NCBI RefSeq assembly: GCF_006345805.1
Contig: NC_042997.1
Span: 77,810,001 to 77,874,000, forward strand
DNA length: 64,000 nt
From: Octopus sinensis
Taxonomy: Eukaryota
Direction: 5' to 3'
Position numbers and translations under genes: made by a program. Below the pieces are notes generated by a model, which saw nothing but the letters and a program-made list of their open reading frames with translations, had not been told where the DNA came from and did not search any database. Positions 48,714 through 61,530 of this stretch are shown in pieces. Each line of letters opens with the position of its first letter. The first letter of the stretch is position 1.

Positions 48714-49090
48714 TATATATATATGCATGTGTGCGTGTGTGTGGATATGTGTATGAGTACATAAATGCACATATATGTTAGTGTGTGTATGGGCATGTAT
48801 ATATAACGTTTGTGTGAGTGTGTATGCATGTAGACGTTATGAACACAGGAGGTTTCTATGTATTGTGGGAATAAGGTTGCGTGGATTTTTTTATCTTTTA
48901 TATTTTTTTCTTACCTATTAGAGTAACTTCATTTTTATTCAACAGCATTTGAAACTCTGAGTCCTATTATGACAACTTACTGATTGTCCTAAACTATACA
49001 TATACATGCATACATACATACATACATACATAAATACATACATACATACATACATATATATACATATTTATATATATATTCACACTCACC

Positions 49091-49940
49091 AAGATGTGGT
49101 GTGCAAGAGAGATGACTGCTCTGGTATGGTCATGTGGCAAGAATGGATGAGGATAGCTGTGTGAAAAAGTGCCACACTCTAGCGGTTGAGGGAACCTGTG
49201 GAAGAGGTAGACCCAGGAAGACCTGGGATGAAGTGGTGAAGTACGACCTTCGAACATTAGGCTTCACCAAGGAAATGACTAGTGACTGAGACTTTTGGAA
49301 ATATGCTGTAATTGAGAAGACCCGGCAAGCCAAATGAGACCATAACCTGTGGCCTATGCCAGGAACGTAACCAGCCCGCTTATGCATACCTTTTCCTTCT
49401 TTGGTCACTAAACTCTGCTTGCGAAGAGCTGTTGAGGCAAGTGAAATCAAAATCAATTCGATGACTGGCATATGTGCTAGCGGGGTGCAAAGAGCACCAT
49501 ACGAGTGTGATTGTTGACAGAGAGGCTATTTGAGTATGATCGTTACCAGCGTCAAATTACTGGCACTCATGCTTGTGCTAGTAGGGTGCCAAGAACACCA
49601 TCCGAGCGTGATCGTTGCCAGAGCAGCCAACTGACTTCCATACCTGTGGCATGTATAAGGGCACCATTTGAGCGTGATCGTTACCAACGTCACTTCACTG
49701 GCACCTGTGCCACGTGTAAAAAGATTTGAGCGAGGTCATTGCCAGTACCGCCTGACTGACCCTCGTGTCGGTGGCATATAAAAAGCACCCACTACACTCT
49801 TAGAGTGGTTGGCGTTAGGAAGGGCATCCAGCTGTAGAAACTCTGCCAGATCAAGATTGGAGCCTGGTGCAGCCATCTGGCTCGCCAGCCCTCAGTCAAA
49901 ATCGTCCAATCCATGCTAGCATGGAAAGCGGACGTTAAAT
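49091..49940 (+). mobile_element. RTE 3' end, variant 3'UTR
   Basis: WYGHVARMDEDSCVKKCHTLAVEGTCGRGRPRKTW, then the 3'UTR ending CATGCTAGCATGGAAAGCGGACGTTAAA. Confidence 0.88.
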
Positions 49941-49955
49941 AATATATATATATAT

Positions 49956-50619
49956 CATCATCATCATCATCATCATCATCGTTTAATGTCCGCTTTCCAT
50001 GCTAGCATGGGTTGGACGGTTCAACTGGGGTCTGGCAAGCTCGAAGGCTGCACCAGGCCAGTCAGATCTGGCAGTGTTTCTACAGCTGGATGCCCTTCCT
50101 AACACCAACCACTCCGAGAGTGTTGTGGGTGATTTTATGTGCCACCGACACAGGTGCCAGACGAGGCTGGCAGACGGCCACGCTCGGATGGTGTTTTTAT
50201 GTGCCACCGACACAGGTGCCAGACGAGGCTGGCGAACGGCCACGCTCGGATGTTGTTTGTTACGTGCCCACAGCACGGAGGCCAGTCGATGCGGTACTGG
50301 CTACGGTCACGTTCGGATGGTTTTCTTATGTGCCACCCACAAGGATACAAATTCCATTGATGTTCATCTATTTTTATTTGGTTTGATTTGATTTGATTTT
50401 GATTTTGATTTTGATTTTCACTTGCCTCAACAGGTCTTCACAAGTGTCACAAGGAGGAAGGTATGCACAGGTGGACTGACTACGTCCCAGGTAGGGGCCA
50501 CGGGTTATGGCTTCACTAGTCTTGTCGGGTCTTCTCACGCACAGCATACTTCCATAGGTCTCGGTCTCTAGTCATTTCCATGGTGAGACCTAATGTTCGA
50601 AGGTCGTGCTTCACCACCT
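49956..50619 (-). mobile_element. RTE 3' end, tail-to-tail with the previous copy
   Basis: (CAT)n tail at 49956-49980, the shared terminus, and the ORF end ...HEKTRQD. Confidence 0.88.
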
Positions 50620-52254
50620 AGTCTATATATATATACATACATACATACATACATATATAGACTTGTGTGTTTTTTAAATGAACTCTTTTACATCATATAT
50701 TCTGATGATAGTAAACTGAAAACCAGTATGATATTTTCTATAATTATGTTTTGTTGTAAAACAGAATATGTCTCTGGAGAGCATAGATCTAGTCAAATTA
50801 TGTCAGCTTAATCAATCACCATTTTATTGACAGATTCTAGATTTTTATCACTTCGATATGTCTACTTGTTTCCATGGAGGAGACAATTGTACTTTCATAA
50901 GGCTCTATTTATGCATGTGTTCATGTGCAACTATTGTGAATACATCTCAATCTAGACACACACACATATTATCAAACATGAAATTGAAAGTGAAATACAA
51001 TCTTATGAAACAGTAAATGCTTGTTTCTTGGAAACAAATGTGTGTGTGTGTGTGCATGCACACACATGCATATATTTGTACTTGTATATGTGTATTGCGC
51101 ATATCTGTATGTATGTGGTGTTCTCATACTGTTTCAGGTATGTAAGCTTTCAGGCGTTTGTGTATTTGTGGTTGCTGTCTGTGTTTAAGGTTTATGTGTG
51201 TGTAGATCAATGTGTATGTATATTGTTTGTGTTTATTCATGAGTGTGACTACAGTTTGGCAGGTAAGTATATGTGTACATCCATCCATCCATACATACAT
51301 GTGTGTGTGTGTGTGTGTGTGTCTATGCACTTCTGATGGTGTTGAGTGATTGCATAATATGGTCAAATTGGTGTGAGTTGATGAATTTGTGTATGTTTTT
51401 GTGATCGTTGGTAACAGTGTGTAGCCTAGTTTATGTATATTTTTGTGTGTTTCCAGCTAATAGAGAATGTAGTCTTTGCTTTGTTTTGTGTGTGTGTGTA
51501 GGGAGTGTTAACATAGAGTGTAATTCATTTATGTGCCAAATGTAACAAAGTGTTGGGTGGTGTGCAGATGTGGTTTTGTCCATTGATAATGTGTTGTAGT
51601 ATGTATACAAGTGTGCGTGAATGATATAAAATTACTCTCTTTGTAAGTTGGTAGTTGTAAAAAATGCATGAGCAACCTGCGGTCCTCGACAAGTTTCTAG
51701 GTTGCTAGTTTCATACTAAGACAAATACAATTTTATACTAAGACAAATACAATTAAAAAGAACTGCAAAAATGTCAGTGTAAAGTGAGCAAGTAATAGTA
51801 TTTCATGCATATGTGTTTTATCATGCCACCCTATCCCACTTGGAAATGGTACAATGTGGATCTTTTACAATGTAAAAGGTCTCAAATGTCTTGTGCCTGC
51901 AAGTGGTGACAAGATCAGATTTTTGTTGAGGAGTGACCAGGAGGCAAATGTGTGTAGGGTTGGGGTAGGGGATGGTGGGATGCATGCATGTGTATATGCT
52001 TACTTGTTTGTTGTTCCGTTTTATTTCAAGATTTCTTATCAGTAAAGAGAGTGAAAGAGAGCCAGTTTCTAACCTAGATACGAGGTTCCTTCACTGGAAT
52101 TTCAACAGCATCAACAGGGTATTTGTGCATGTTTGTGTGAATGTGTCCAATATTTGGAGTCAATGCTTGTGCAGACTTGTATGATTAGTTTTATGTATGT
52201 TTTGTTTTATGTATGTTTTCTCATGCATATGGTTGCATGTCTAGACATGTGCAT

Positions 52255-52675
52255 ATATACATATATACTAAACTATTGGGAAGTTTTACAAATTTTGATA
52301 GTTCCAGTGATGGCTTGAATCTGTAATTTTCTAATCAGCTTTCTCCTTTCTGGTTTTGGTACTGCAAACACATTGTGGGCCACTGTTTCATTGAATACAG
52401 AGAGTTCTGAAGTCCATACTTTCCTTATCCAGCTGTAATATTCTTTAGTGACATGTACTTTGTTACAGGTACCATTAGAAGATATGATTCCATCTACCTC
52501 TAGATACATGTAACATTCTTCATCATATACAGGAGAAACAGTTAAGTCATTAATGGAGATGCTGCTAGTCTGGTTTGCAGTTTTCCATCTTTTCACAGCC
52601 ATATAGCAACCAGTATCCAGCAATCAAGTCTCTTCTAGGTGTTTTCCCATCCTGAAGTTTTTGAATTATAGTCAA

Positions 52676-52712
<37 letters not shown>

Positions 52713-52850
52713 TTTCTGATAAGGAGGGTTCCTGCAGGATGAGAAACAAAACCTGGCAAGGATGGATGAACTCACCAGAGTCAATGGATGTCCAACAGCT
52801 AGGAGTAAGAGACCATTTGACTCTTTAGAAGGAAAACTCATGTAATATTT
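52255..52850 (-). mobile_element. R4/Dong-like (RLE) non-LTR retrotransposon relic with an internal deletion
   Basis: Y.YLEVD...KEYYSWIRKVWTSELS.FN...AHNVFAVP (post-RT thumb) is fused directly to RKLQIQAITGTIKICKT, an RLE-type terminus. The family call is from recalled motifs. Confidence 0.65.
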
Positions 52851-53497
52851 GCAACTTCATTTCCATCCAATGATGTAGACTAGTTTTTCTTTATAGGCAA
52901 ATGCATACATTGTTTAGAGAGTGGGACTGATTCCATGCAAGGCCCTTTCTCCCTTTAAAAAGGTGTTGATTAACTTTTAACATCTTTATTATGTGTTAGC
53001 CAGGAAAGGCAAAACACTCAATGAAAATTTCCATGCTAGAATGAAGGCATGTGTCTGTATGGATGGTAAGAACTCTTAATATCTGCTGTAAGAGACACCC
53101 ATCATTTCCACATCTGTGCAAAAGTCTGTAAGTACCTAGCAGAACTGTGCTGCTCATGTTTAAAAGAATAATTAAGTGGTGGCATTTCTCAAAATTAAGT
53201 TGCAGCCATCCTACATGTAAGTATGTAGGTATAAATATATGTATGTATATATACATAGTTGTAAATGAGTGTCACTGTCATACAAGCAGTGTTATTCATT
53301 ACCAATATTCTGTGAAAATATGATTGGCCAATGATAAAGGATGATTTTATATATGGATATATATACACACACACACACACATACATGCATGGATGTATAT
53401 GTGTGTGTATTTACATGTATGTATATCCATAGATGTACACACATGCAACATGTGTACCATGCTATGTACAGGAAACTTTAATAAACACAAACATTTA

Positions 53498-54747
53498 TTG
53501 GGTCATCCTGTAAATAATGCGGTTTTTTTACTTGCATGAACTAAAAGTTGGAGGAGGATGTGATAAACTACCTGCATCAACTTGCTATAAAAGCAGGTAG
53601 TAATTTTACTTTGTCCTTATTCTTAGTGCAAGTTTTGAAGAGTGCAGTTCGATTTTAACAGTTATTTTTTCAATGCTATAATGGAAGTGACAAATGAGCA
53701 TATTTGGCATATTTTGATTTTTGAGTTCAATAAAGGCAATAATGCAACAGAAAGTGTGAGGAATATTAATGCAGTATATGGGGATTGGACAATGAGCGTA
53801 AGCCAGTGTCAATGGTGGTTCCAGAAATTCTGAGCTAGAAACTACAGCCTAGAAGACAAGCCACATCCTGGAAGATTGGTAGAGCTTGACGAGGATGTCC
53901 TGCAAACCCTGGTGGAACAAAATCCCATCGCAAGTGTTGAGGAACTAGTAGAGAAGCTTAGTTTGTCAACCATTCATCAACACTTGTGTACCATCCGAAA
54001 AGTCAGCAAATTGGGTCAATGGGTTACTCACAAACTTTCCAATTTTAATTGTGTGCTCTCTTTTGCTGTTATATCTCACAAATGAACCTTTTTTGGATCA
54101 TATAGTGACTGGTGACAAAAAATAGGTTTTCTATAAAAATGTCAAGTGCCGAAAAAGGTGGGTAGGGAAAGGAAAAACACCGACACCCCAGGCTAAAGAA
54201 GGTCTTCACCCACATGAGGTGTTGTTATTTGTTTGGTGGGATATGAAAAGATTAGTCCACTTTGAACTTTTAAACCCAAACCAAATGATAACAAAATCTA
54301 CTGTGAGCAGCTTAAGTCAATGCTAGAAGAAAAACAACCATCTTTGGTTTCAAGACAAAAGGTGTTTTTCCATCAGGATAATGCTTGGCCACATACAGCA
54401 AGGATGACATTTCAAAGGCTGGAGCAGTTTGAATGGAAAATGATGCCCCACCCACCCTATTCGCTGGACATTGCTCCATCTGATTATCATTCATTCTGCA
54501 GTCTTCAAAATCATTTGGACGGAAAAAATATGAATTTTGTAGACGAGGTCAGAACAGTACTGGAGGAGTATTTTTTGTCACAGACAAGTGAATTTTGGAA
54601 GAGGGGCCTTGCAAGTCTACCAGATAGATGGAAGAGCATTGTATGAAATGAAAGAGAGAATATATTTGATGAAAAGAGAACTTTGATTATCTTAATTTTG
54701 AAAAATAAAAGAATAAAAAAAACCACATTATTTATGTGATGACCCAA
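53498..54747 (+). mobile_element. Full-length decayed mariner transposon (1250 bp)
   Basis: TA|TTGGGTCATC..TAAATAATG.GGTTTTTTT TIRs at both ends with TA TSD. Transposase relic: HTH, LGQWVTHKL, IVTGD, FHQDNA.PH, HPPYSLDIAPSDYH. Confidence 0.93.
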
Positions 54748-55976
54748 TACATACCAATATATGTATTTCAACACATATACACATCTTAGATGCTGCACAC
54801 AAACATTCACAACTTATTTCTTTAGAGAAAATTTCCAGTAACTATATATTTGCTTTCTTTCTGGTTTTTGTGCAAATACAAATTTATACTTATACATCTC
54901 TGAGGTGTACACATTACATTCACAAGCAAAAAACAATAAAAAAAAGCAGACACACAAAATTTTCCTCGGTTTTATTTTAAATCTGTAAAATTTTTATATG
55001 ACAAATACTTAATTTAAAAAAAGAGAAAAAATTATTTGGAATTAACAAATTATCATGATTTCTTAAATATATTTTTGAAACATTTGTGTATTTGTCTATA
55101 TTATTCTTTTTAGTTAAGTTAAATTAATCAGAATCTAATTTCCCATCAACATGATTTCTATCCATTTTAATTTGACTTTGACTTATAGCCACAGAACATA
55201 TCCTAAAAGATCTCTCAAAGAACTTACCTCAGATACTTCTGAGAACTAAAAGGATTCCATTTTAGTCATCAGTTTCTTATTTTACTCCTTGTTATTATCG
55301 ATGATGTTTAAATATGAAAACAGTGAAAAACTTCATAAAGAAATATGATTCAATGTTATAGAGTGAGAAACATTGATGGACCAAGAGTCACAGACTTTAT
55401 GTCTCACAATAAACTAACTGATATAGAATGTTATGAAAATGTTAATTTATATTCAGATATGTGTGCTCAGCAGGTTATACGCAACAGTAAAGTTTAATTT
55501 AACTGCTTTGATGCTAACTCACCTGAAACCACCCCCTATTACAATGAAAGAAAATGATGTTTTAAAGTGTTCATATTTAATTTAAAACCAACTTCTAAAA
55601 ATTCTATATAAGAATTCTTTTATGTTCCAAACACCAAATTTGTAATGACAAAGTTTATTAATTTACTAAATCTTTGCTAAATCAAATTCTTGCTTATTTT
55701 GAAAATTAATTAAAGCACAGACAAAGTATTTCATTAGAAATATAGTCACAAGATGATTAACAGGTCCAGATTTACTTACTTAACTACAACAGGAAAAATC
55801 AATAAACCAATGAAATGCAAAGTCAACAGTAATGCAAATATTATTGAATTGGTGGAGAGGCTGTCTTTAAATAACTAAATGTTAATTAAAGTTCTTTTTT
55901 TTTTGTTAGTCAAGTAAAAACATATGGAATAGAAAAAAATATGGTAAATTCTTTTTATGGATTAGTGAAAAATGTT

Positions 55977-56149
55977 TCAGGAAAGTGATGTCCTGGTGAT
56001 TGATACAGCTGATTGTAAAGACTGAGCTCGCTGTGTTACTTCATCGCAAAGGCAATTTAATTGGCTACCTTTTGTACGTAGTTGTTCATGTAAGCTTGCC
56101 AATTCCACTTCATGTTTTTTCATCATTACTTTGTAAATGTTATCATGTT
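55977..56149 (-). CDS. LRRC45: Probable last coding exon: (E)HDNIYKVMMKKHEVELASLHEQLRTKGSQLNCLCDEVTQRAQSLQSAVSITRTSLS*
   Basis: tatttacag acceptor in matching phase, TGA at 55977-55979. It aligns without gaps to my recollection of the vertebrate LRRC45 C-terminus (E.E.ASL.E.LR.......DE..QRA..LQ.AV). The identity is unverified by search. Confidence 0.65.
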
Positions 56150-56766
56150 CTGTAAATACATTTTAAAAAATCATAAACTATTATAAATGAAAATGCATAT
56201 TTGCAACAATGAATAAAATAATTTTTGTGTTTAAGTATTATTTTCAAGGTTAATTTTAATAAATTTTAAATTTAATTCTCCTCTCTTTTTTACTCAAACT
56301 TACTCACTGTAAAATTTTCCATCATACTTGTACACTAGCATTGGGCTAGAATTGCAGCTACCCTGAGTAAGGTAAGATTTAGTGAGCATATAACAGGAAA
56401 GAGAGTGTTATGTTGATTTGTCTGTCAACTAATCAAATTAAAGTTCACAGACACCGAGAAGAAATATTTTATTAAGGATTTATTTTTAATGTTACAACAG
56501 AGCCATACACTCCTATATTCAAAAGTGAAACAATGTAACATAACACACTCCTTCCATAATAGGGTTATTAAACATTAAATTGTAGTCTACCAGCAACCTT
56601 CATCACAACACTCTACAAAAGTAGATCTGGAAATTGTAGACTGCATAGATCAGTTTCTCAGTATATTTTTCATGCTGGTATAAATATCTAGTGCAAAAAG
56701 TAGATCTGTATTTAATTTCAATTCCATTTAATTAAATATCCATCAAACAAAGATAATTAAATTTAC

Positions 56767-56914
56767 CAGATAACTTTTGTTCCATTTCTAACAGTTTGTT
56801 CTTCAGTTCTCTCTGGATTTGAGCTTCTGCATCTAATTTACTGTGTAACTGGTTAATTTCCATCTTGTATTTTCCAGTTTCAGCTTCCTTCTCTGTTTCT
56901 TTCCTGGCTAATTT
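56767..56914 (-). CDS. LRRC45: Internal exon (148 nt, phase 0 to 1) of a coiled-coil protein: KLARKETEKEAETGKYKMEINQLHSKLDAEAQIQRELKNKLLEMEQKLS
   Basis: ttattttag acceptor and G|gtaaat donor; open frame; splices in frame to the 55977-56149 exon across a 617-nt GT-AG intron. The gene symbol rests on the next exon. Confidence 0.75.
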
Positions 56915-57049
56915 CTAAAATAATTCCATTTGATTTGAAATACATTAAAAATGCAGTATCATAAAATATATAAGGTAAATATCCTGTCAACAGACATTAT
57001 ATTTTACTAAATAAGTGTTGCTATCTGAAGAAATTCTCTATTCTTGTGA

Positions 57050-59620
57050 GACAGCTGGATGTCCTTCCTAATGCCAACCACTCTGAGAGTGTAGTGGGTG
57101 CTTTTTATGTGTCACTGGCATGGGGGCCAGTCAGGCAGCCCTGGCATTGACTATGCCTGAATGGTGCTTTTTATACACCACCAGCATGGGAGCCAGTCAG
57201 GTGGCACTGACATTGACCACATTTACATACCACCGGCAATGATTTCATTTGACTCAACAGAGTCTTCTCAAGCACAGCATATTGCTCGACAATTGAAGGG
57301 TACTTTTAAATAGGCCAGTTATGCAACACTGGCATCAGCTATGATCTCACTTGGCTTGCCAGGTCTTCTCAAGTATAGCATATCTCCAAAGGTCTTGGTT
57401 GCTTATCATTGCCTCTGTGAGGTCCAACGTTTGAAGGTTGTGCTTCACCACCTCATCCTAGGTCTTCCTGGGTTTACCTCTTCCACAAGTTCCTTCTACT
57501 GTTAAGGTGTGGCACTTCTTCACACAGCTATCCTCATCCATATGCAATACGTGACCATACCAGTGCAGTCATCTCTCTTGCACACTACATCTGATGCTTC
57601 TTATGTTCAACTTTTCTCTCAGGCGCTTACACTGTTGTGTATGGACAATGACATTACACATCCAGTGGAGCATACTAGCTTTATTTCTTTCAAGCCTATG
57701 CATGTCCTCAGCAGTCACAGCCCATGTTTCACTGCCATATAGCATGACTATTAACACACATGCATCATACAGTCTACTTTTACTGTGAGTGAGAGGCCCT
57801 TTGTTACCAGCAGAGGTAGGAGCTCTCTGAACTTTGCCCAGGCTACTCTTATTCTAGTAGCTACGCTCTGAGAGCATCTACCCCATTAATGACTAGGTCA
57901 CCTGGGTAACAGAAGCTATCAAATACTTCAAGTTTTACCCCCTGGCATGTGATGGAATCTGTTTTCTCTACATCTTTGGTGTTTATTGCCCCAGTGCATC
58001 TGCCATACACAAAAACTATCTTCTCAGTTAACCTTCCTTTGATATTGCTGCACCTCTTACATGTCCATAGCTTACACCGGGTACATCTTATGGAGTTTCT
58101 ACTTACGCCTTTTCTACAGATCAAGCAGGGCCATTTATTTGTCTGCCTTCCTACATACTAAGACTTCGATTTTTGCTACATTAACTCTAAGGTCCTTCGA
58201 TTCTAGATCTTGCTTCCACACCTGAAACTTCTCCTCTAGTTCTGGTAGTGACTTAGCAATTAGAGCAAGGTCACTAGCATAGAGGAGTTCCCAGGGGCAG
58301 CCTGTCTTGAATTCCTCTGTTATTGCCTGGATGACTATGATGAATAAGATGGAGCTGGTCCTTGGTGAACCCCTACTTCTACCTGGAATTCTTCACTGTA
58401 CTCATTGCCAACCCTCACCTTACTGACCGCATCCCTATACAGCTCTCACCAACCACTCATCTCTCCCTAGTTTCCACATTGACCATCAGATAAGGGATTG
58501 GGGAACCCTGTCAAAGGCTTTCTCCATGTCAACGAAAGCCAAGTACAGAGGTTTATCTTTTACTAGGAATTTCTCCTGCAGCTGTCTTACAAGAAATACA
58601 GCATCTTTTCCCTAATGGCCTTATCAACTACATTGTTCCACCACCACATTACCTTAGGTCAAGATGGGACTTTGCACAAGTCACAGATCTGGTCAGTGGC
58701 CCTCAACAGGTTGTCCCATAGAAACTTGCAGTTGTCGTCCACATTATGTGATGCTATATCTTTCCCTTTTTCATCAAAAGCTTGAAGTAATACATCTCTA
58801 AATCTTTGTCCATTCAGAGGATAATTAAGCATCGAGACCCTTCTTTTGCATGGTCATCTTCTGGGCAGCCATTTAGCCCTGATCCTGAAGTTGCTAACTA
58901 CTAACTTATGTTGTGGGGTACATTCTTCAACTGGAGAGGTTTTGGCATTTATAAGTAACCATCTATCCCATTTCCTGGTGAGGATGTAGTCCTAGTGTGC
59001 CCACCAGACTGGTAAGTGAACAGGTGACTGGCAGGTTTCCCGAAGTTAGTATTTCAAACCATAAGGTCATTTGCATCACAGAACTCTAGCAGCTTGGTTT
59101 TCTTATCATTGCAGGAACCAAGATGTTGTCTAATATACCCGTTGAAGTCACTAGCCACAAAGAGAAGGTCCCTGTCATTCGTTGATGAGGTAGTCTGAAA
59201 GAGGGTGTCATAAAATCGGTCTTTCTGTTCATAAGCCAAGGTAATGGTTGCTAATCCATGTTGCAGCACTAGTCTAAGCTTAAGTATTCTATCACAGACT
59301 CTGACTACCTCAATTACTTTATCGACCCATTTCTCTGGAAGGAGTATACCCACACCCCCAACCCCATCAGTGTTCCCTACCCAGAAAATCTTATACCTAT
59401 GTTCTTTGCCTATGAGGAACCTAGCAGAACTTCCTCTCCACCTTACTTCTTGGATGCAGCACAAATCTACATGTCTCCGTTCAAGCATCTCAACAATCTC
59501 ACCAGACCTACCTTTCAATGTGCCAACTCTGAGGGTGTGAAAAGTTTGGGCCAGCAAGACCCTGGGATGGGGGACAGCAGCATTATGCATCTGAAAAGAA
59601 AGCTTGCATTTGGCAGATGT
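57050..59620 (-). mobile_element. Decayed near-full-length RTE LINE retaining EN and RT core relics
   Basis: RVGTLKGRSGEIVEMLERRHVDLCCIQEVRW, FVDMEKAFDRVP, and YGSETWAVTAEDM; many stops and deletions. Confidence 0.92.
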
Positions 59621-60539
59621 TGTAAACATACAATAACTTTAACCTGCATACACTACACCATTTTATTTGCTACATAATCATGACATTCAACAGGAGATAG
59701 ACACTAGGCAGGGATGGAAGGGGAAGAGAGGAGGAAGCATTCTATACAGTAAGCCATTAGAGGTTTTGCACTGCGAATGGCAGAGCACTGAAGCTGCCCT
59801 ATTCCCTAGCTGAAGTTGATGTGGCACAACCACAGACAAAGCAACAGTCAACATGGGAAAGCAAATAGTTAATGAAACAAAGGGAGAGAGCCCAGAATTA
59901 GGGCTGGTCAAAGACAAAACATGAAGAGATGGGAATTGAGATTTAGAGCAAGAGTAAACAGAATTGAATAATTGGATTTCTTAACTTTGCCATAATATAT
60001 TGCTAAATGAATAACAATAATAATTATTATAAAAAGCGCCATAGAGTGAAACAGAATTGAGCATTGCATTCTTAATTTTAACCATAGCTATAACCTACAG
60101 TATGTAGTTAGCCAAACTGACAAAAATAGATCAATAAATAAATGAATAAAAATTATGATAATTTTTAAAACGAGTGTTAAAGTGAGAGAGAATTGAACTG
60201 AACATAGGGTTTCTTAAGTTTACTATAACATACGGCATGGAATAGATGAAACTGTATGGGTACATAGATAAATTAGTGAATAACTAACTGGATCTAAGAA
60301 AAATTAACGGAAAACATAAGAAATGTAAACAATCTGTAAATTGTGTGCTGGTGCCATGAGAAATGTTTCTATATTGTGACAGTTACAGAATATAGAAAGA
60401 GGTGTAAAACTGATAACTATATAATCCAACCAAATTATCTCAGTTATGCAAACAAAATTAGTATTTAGTCTTAAAATACATTGTACATATTCAAAGAACA
60501 TTCTTGGTTTAGTGGTATAGAACGTTCTTCTGGTATTCT

Positions 60540-60830
60540 TTTATTCTTTTACTTGTTTCAGTCATTTGACGAGGGCCATGCTGGAGCACCACCCTTTAGT
60601 TGAAGAAATTGACCCCTAGACTTATTCCCTGTAAGCCTGGTGCTTATTCTATCAGACTCTTCTACTGAAGAGCTACGTTATGGGGATGCAAACACACCAA
60701 CATCGGTTATCAAGCAATGGTGGTGGTGCAACAAACACAGACACAAACACATGAAGAGCTTCTTTCAGTTTCCATCTACCAAATTCACTCACGAGGCTTT
60801 GGTCGGCCCAAGGCTATAGTAGAAGACACT
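60540..60830 (-). mobile_element. SINE family 1 copy (5' head truncated)
   Basis: TTTTACTTGTTTCAGTCATTTGAC...GGCTATAGTAGAAGACACT. Confidence 0.85.
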
Positions 60831-61296
60831 CTTTAAAGTATAGAGGTGAATTTCGTGTTGGCAACTTTTCTCCCCTACCCATTTTGTATGGAGTATTACC
60901 CATTTTTCTGGGCTCTTTTCTCAGTTACACCCTGTTCAAAATTTGCATTAGTTTTTGTATGACAAAAAACAAGGGAGGCAGGCTTGTTTGTAGTTTGTAG
61001 AGAAAACGTTAAACGTGCTTAAAAATACATAGTCTTTCTCCGCCACTAAAAGACATGGAGAACTATGAAAGAAGGTGAATAAGTACCAGGGACAGGGGAA
61101 AGAAGAGAGAACTAACACTCAATCATTCTAGAACTCCCAGAATAAAAATGTAAAAACCTGAAAGATTTTTCCCTCCATTCATTACTAAATGTCTTCCGTC
61201 TTCTTCATTGTTAAAAGTAAAGAAGCTAGAAAAGGACTGATGCTTTCCTTTCTCTCTCTCTATTGTTTCACTCCTTTTCTCTACAGTTAAGAGAGT

Positions 61297-61530
61297 GAAG
61301 ATGTGTGGCTGAGTGGTTAGGGGTATTCAGCCCATGATTGTAAAGTCATGAGTACGATTCCCTGCAGTGTGCTGTGTTCTTGAGCAATGTACTCTACTTC
61401 ACCTTGCTGCAGTCCACTCAGCTGGCAAAAATGAGTTGTAGCTGTAATTCAAAGGGGCCAGCATTGTCATATTCCATGTGAAGCTGAATCTCCCTGAGAC
61501 CTACATTAATGTCTGTGGAAAGTGACATCA
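61297..61530 (+). mobile_element. Third tRNA-derived SINE family, decayed
   Basis: GTGTGGCTGAGTGGTTAGG A-box-like and GAGTACGATTCCC B-box-like head, followed by a CTTGAGCAA..CACTCAGCTGGCAAAAATGAGT core. Confidence 0.5.

Noticed and set aside
55228-55238. Possible 11-nt microexon (AAGTATCTGAG) with a GTAAGT donor
   Set aside because: It lies downstream of the probable stop codon at 55977 in presumed 3'UTR; there is no support without RNA data.
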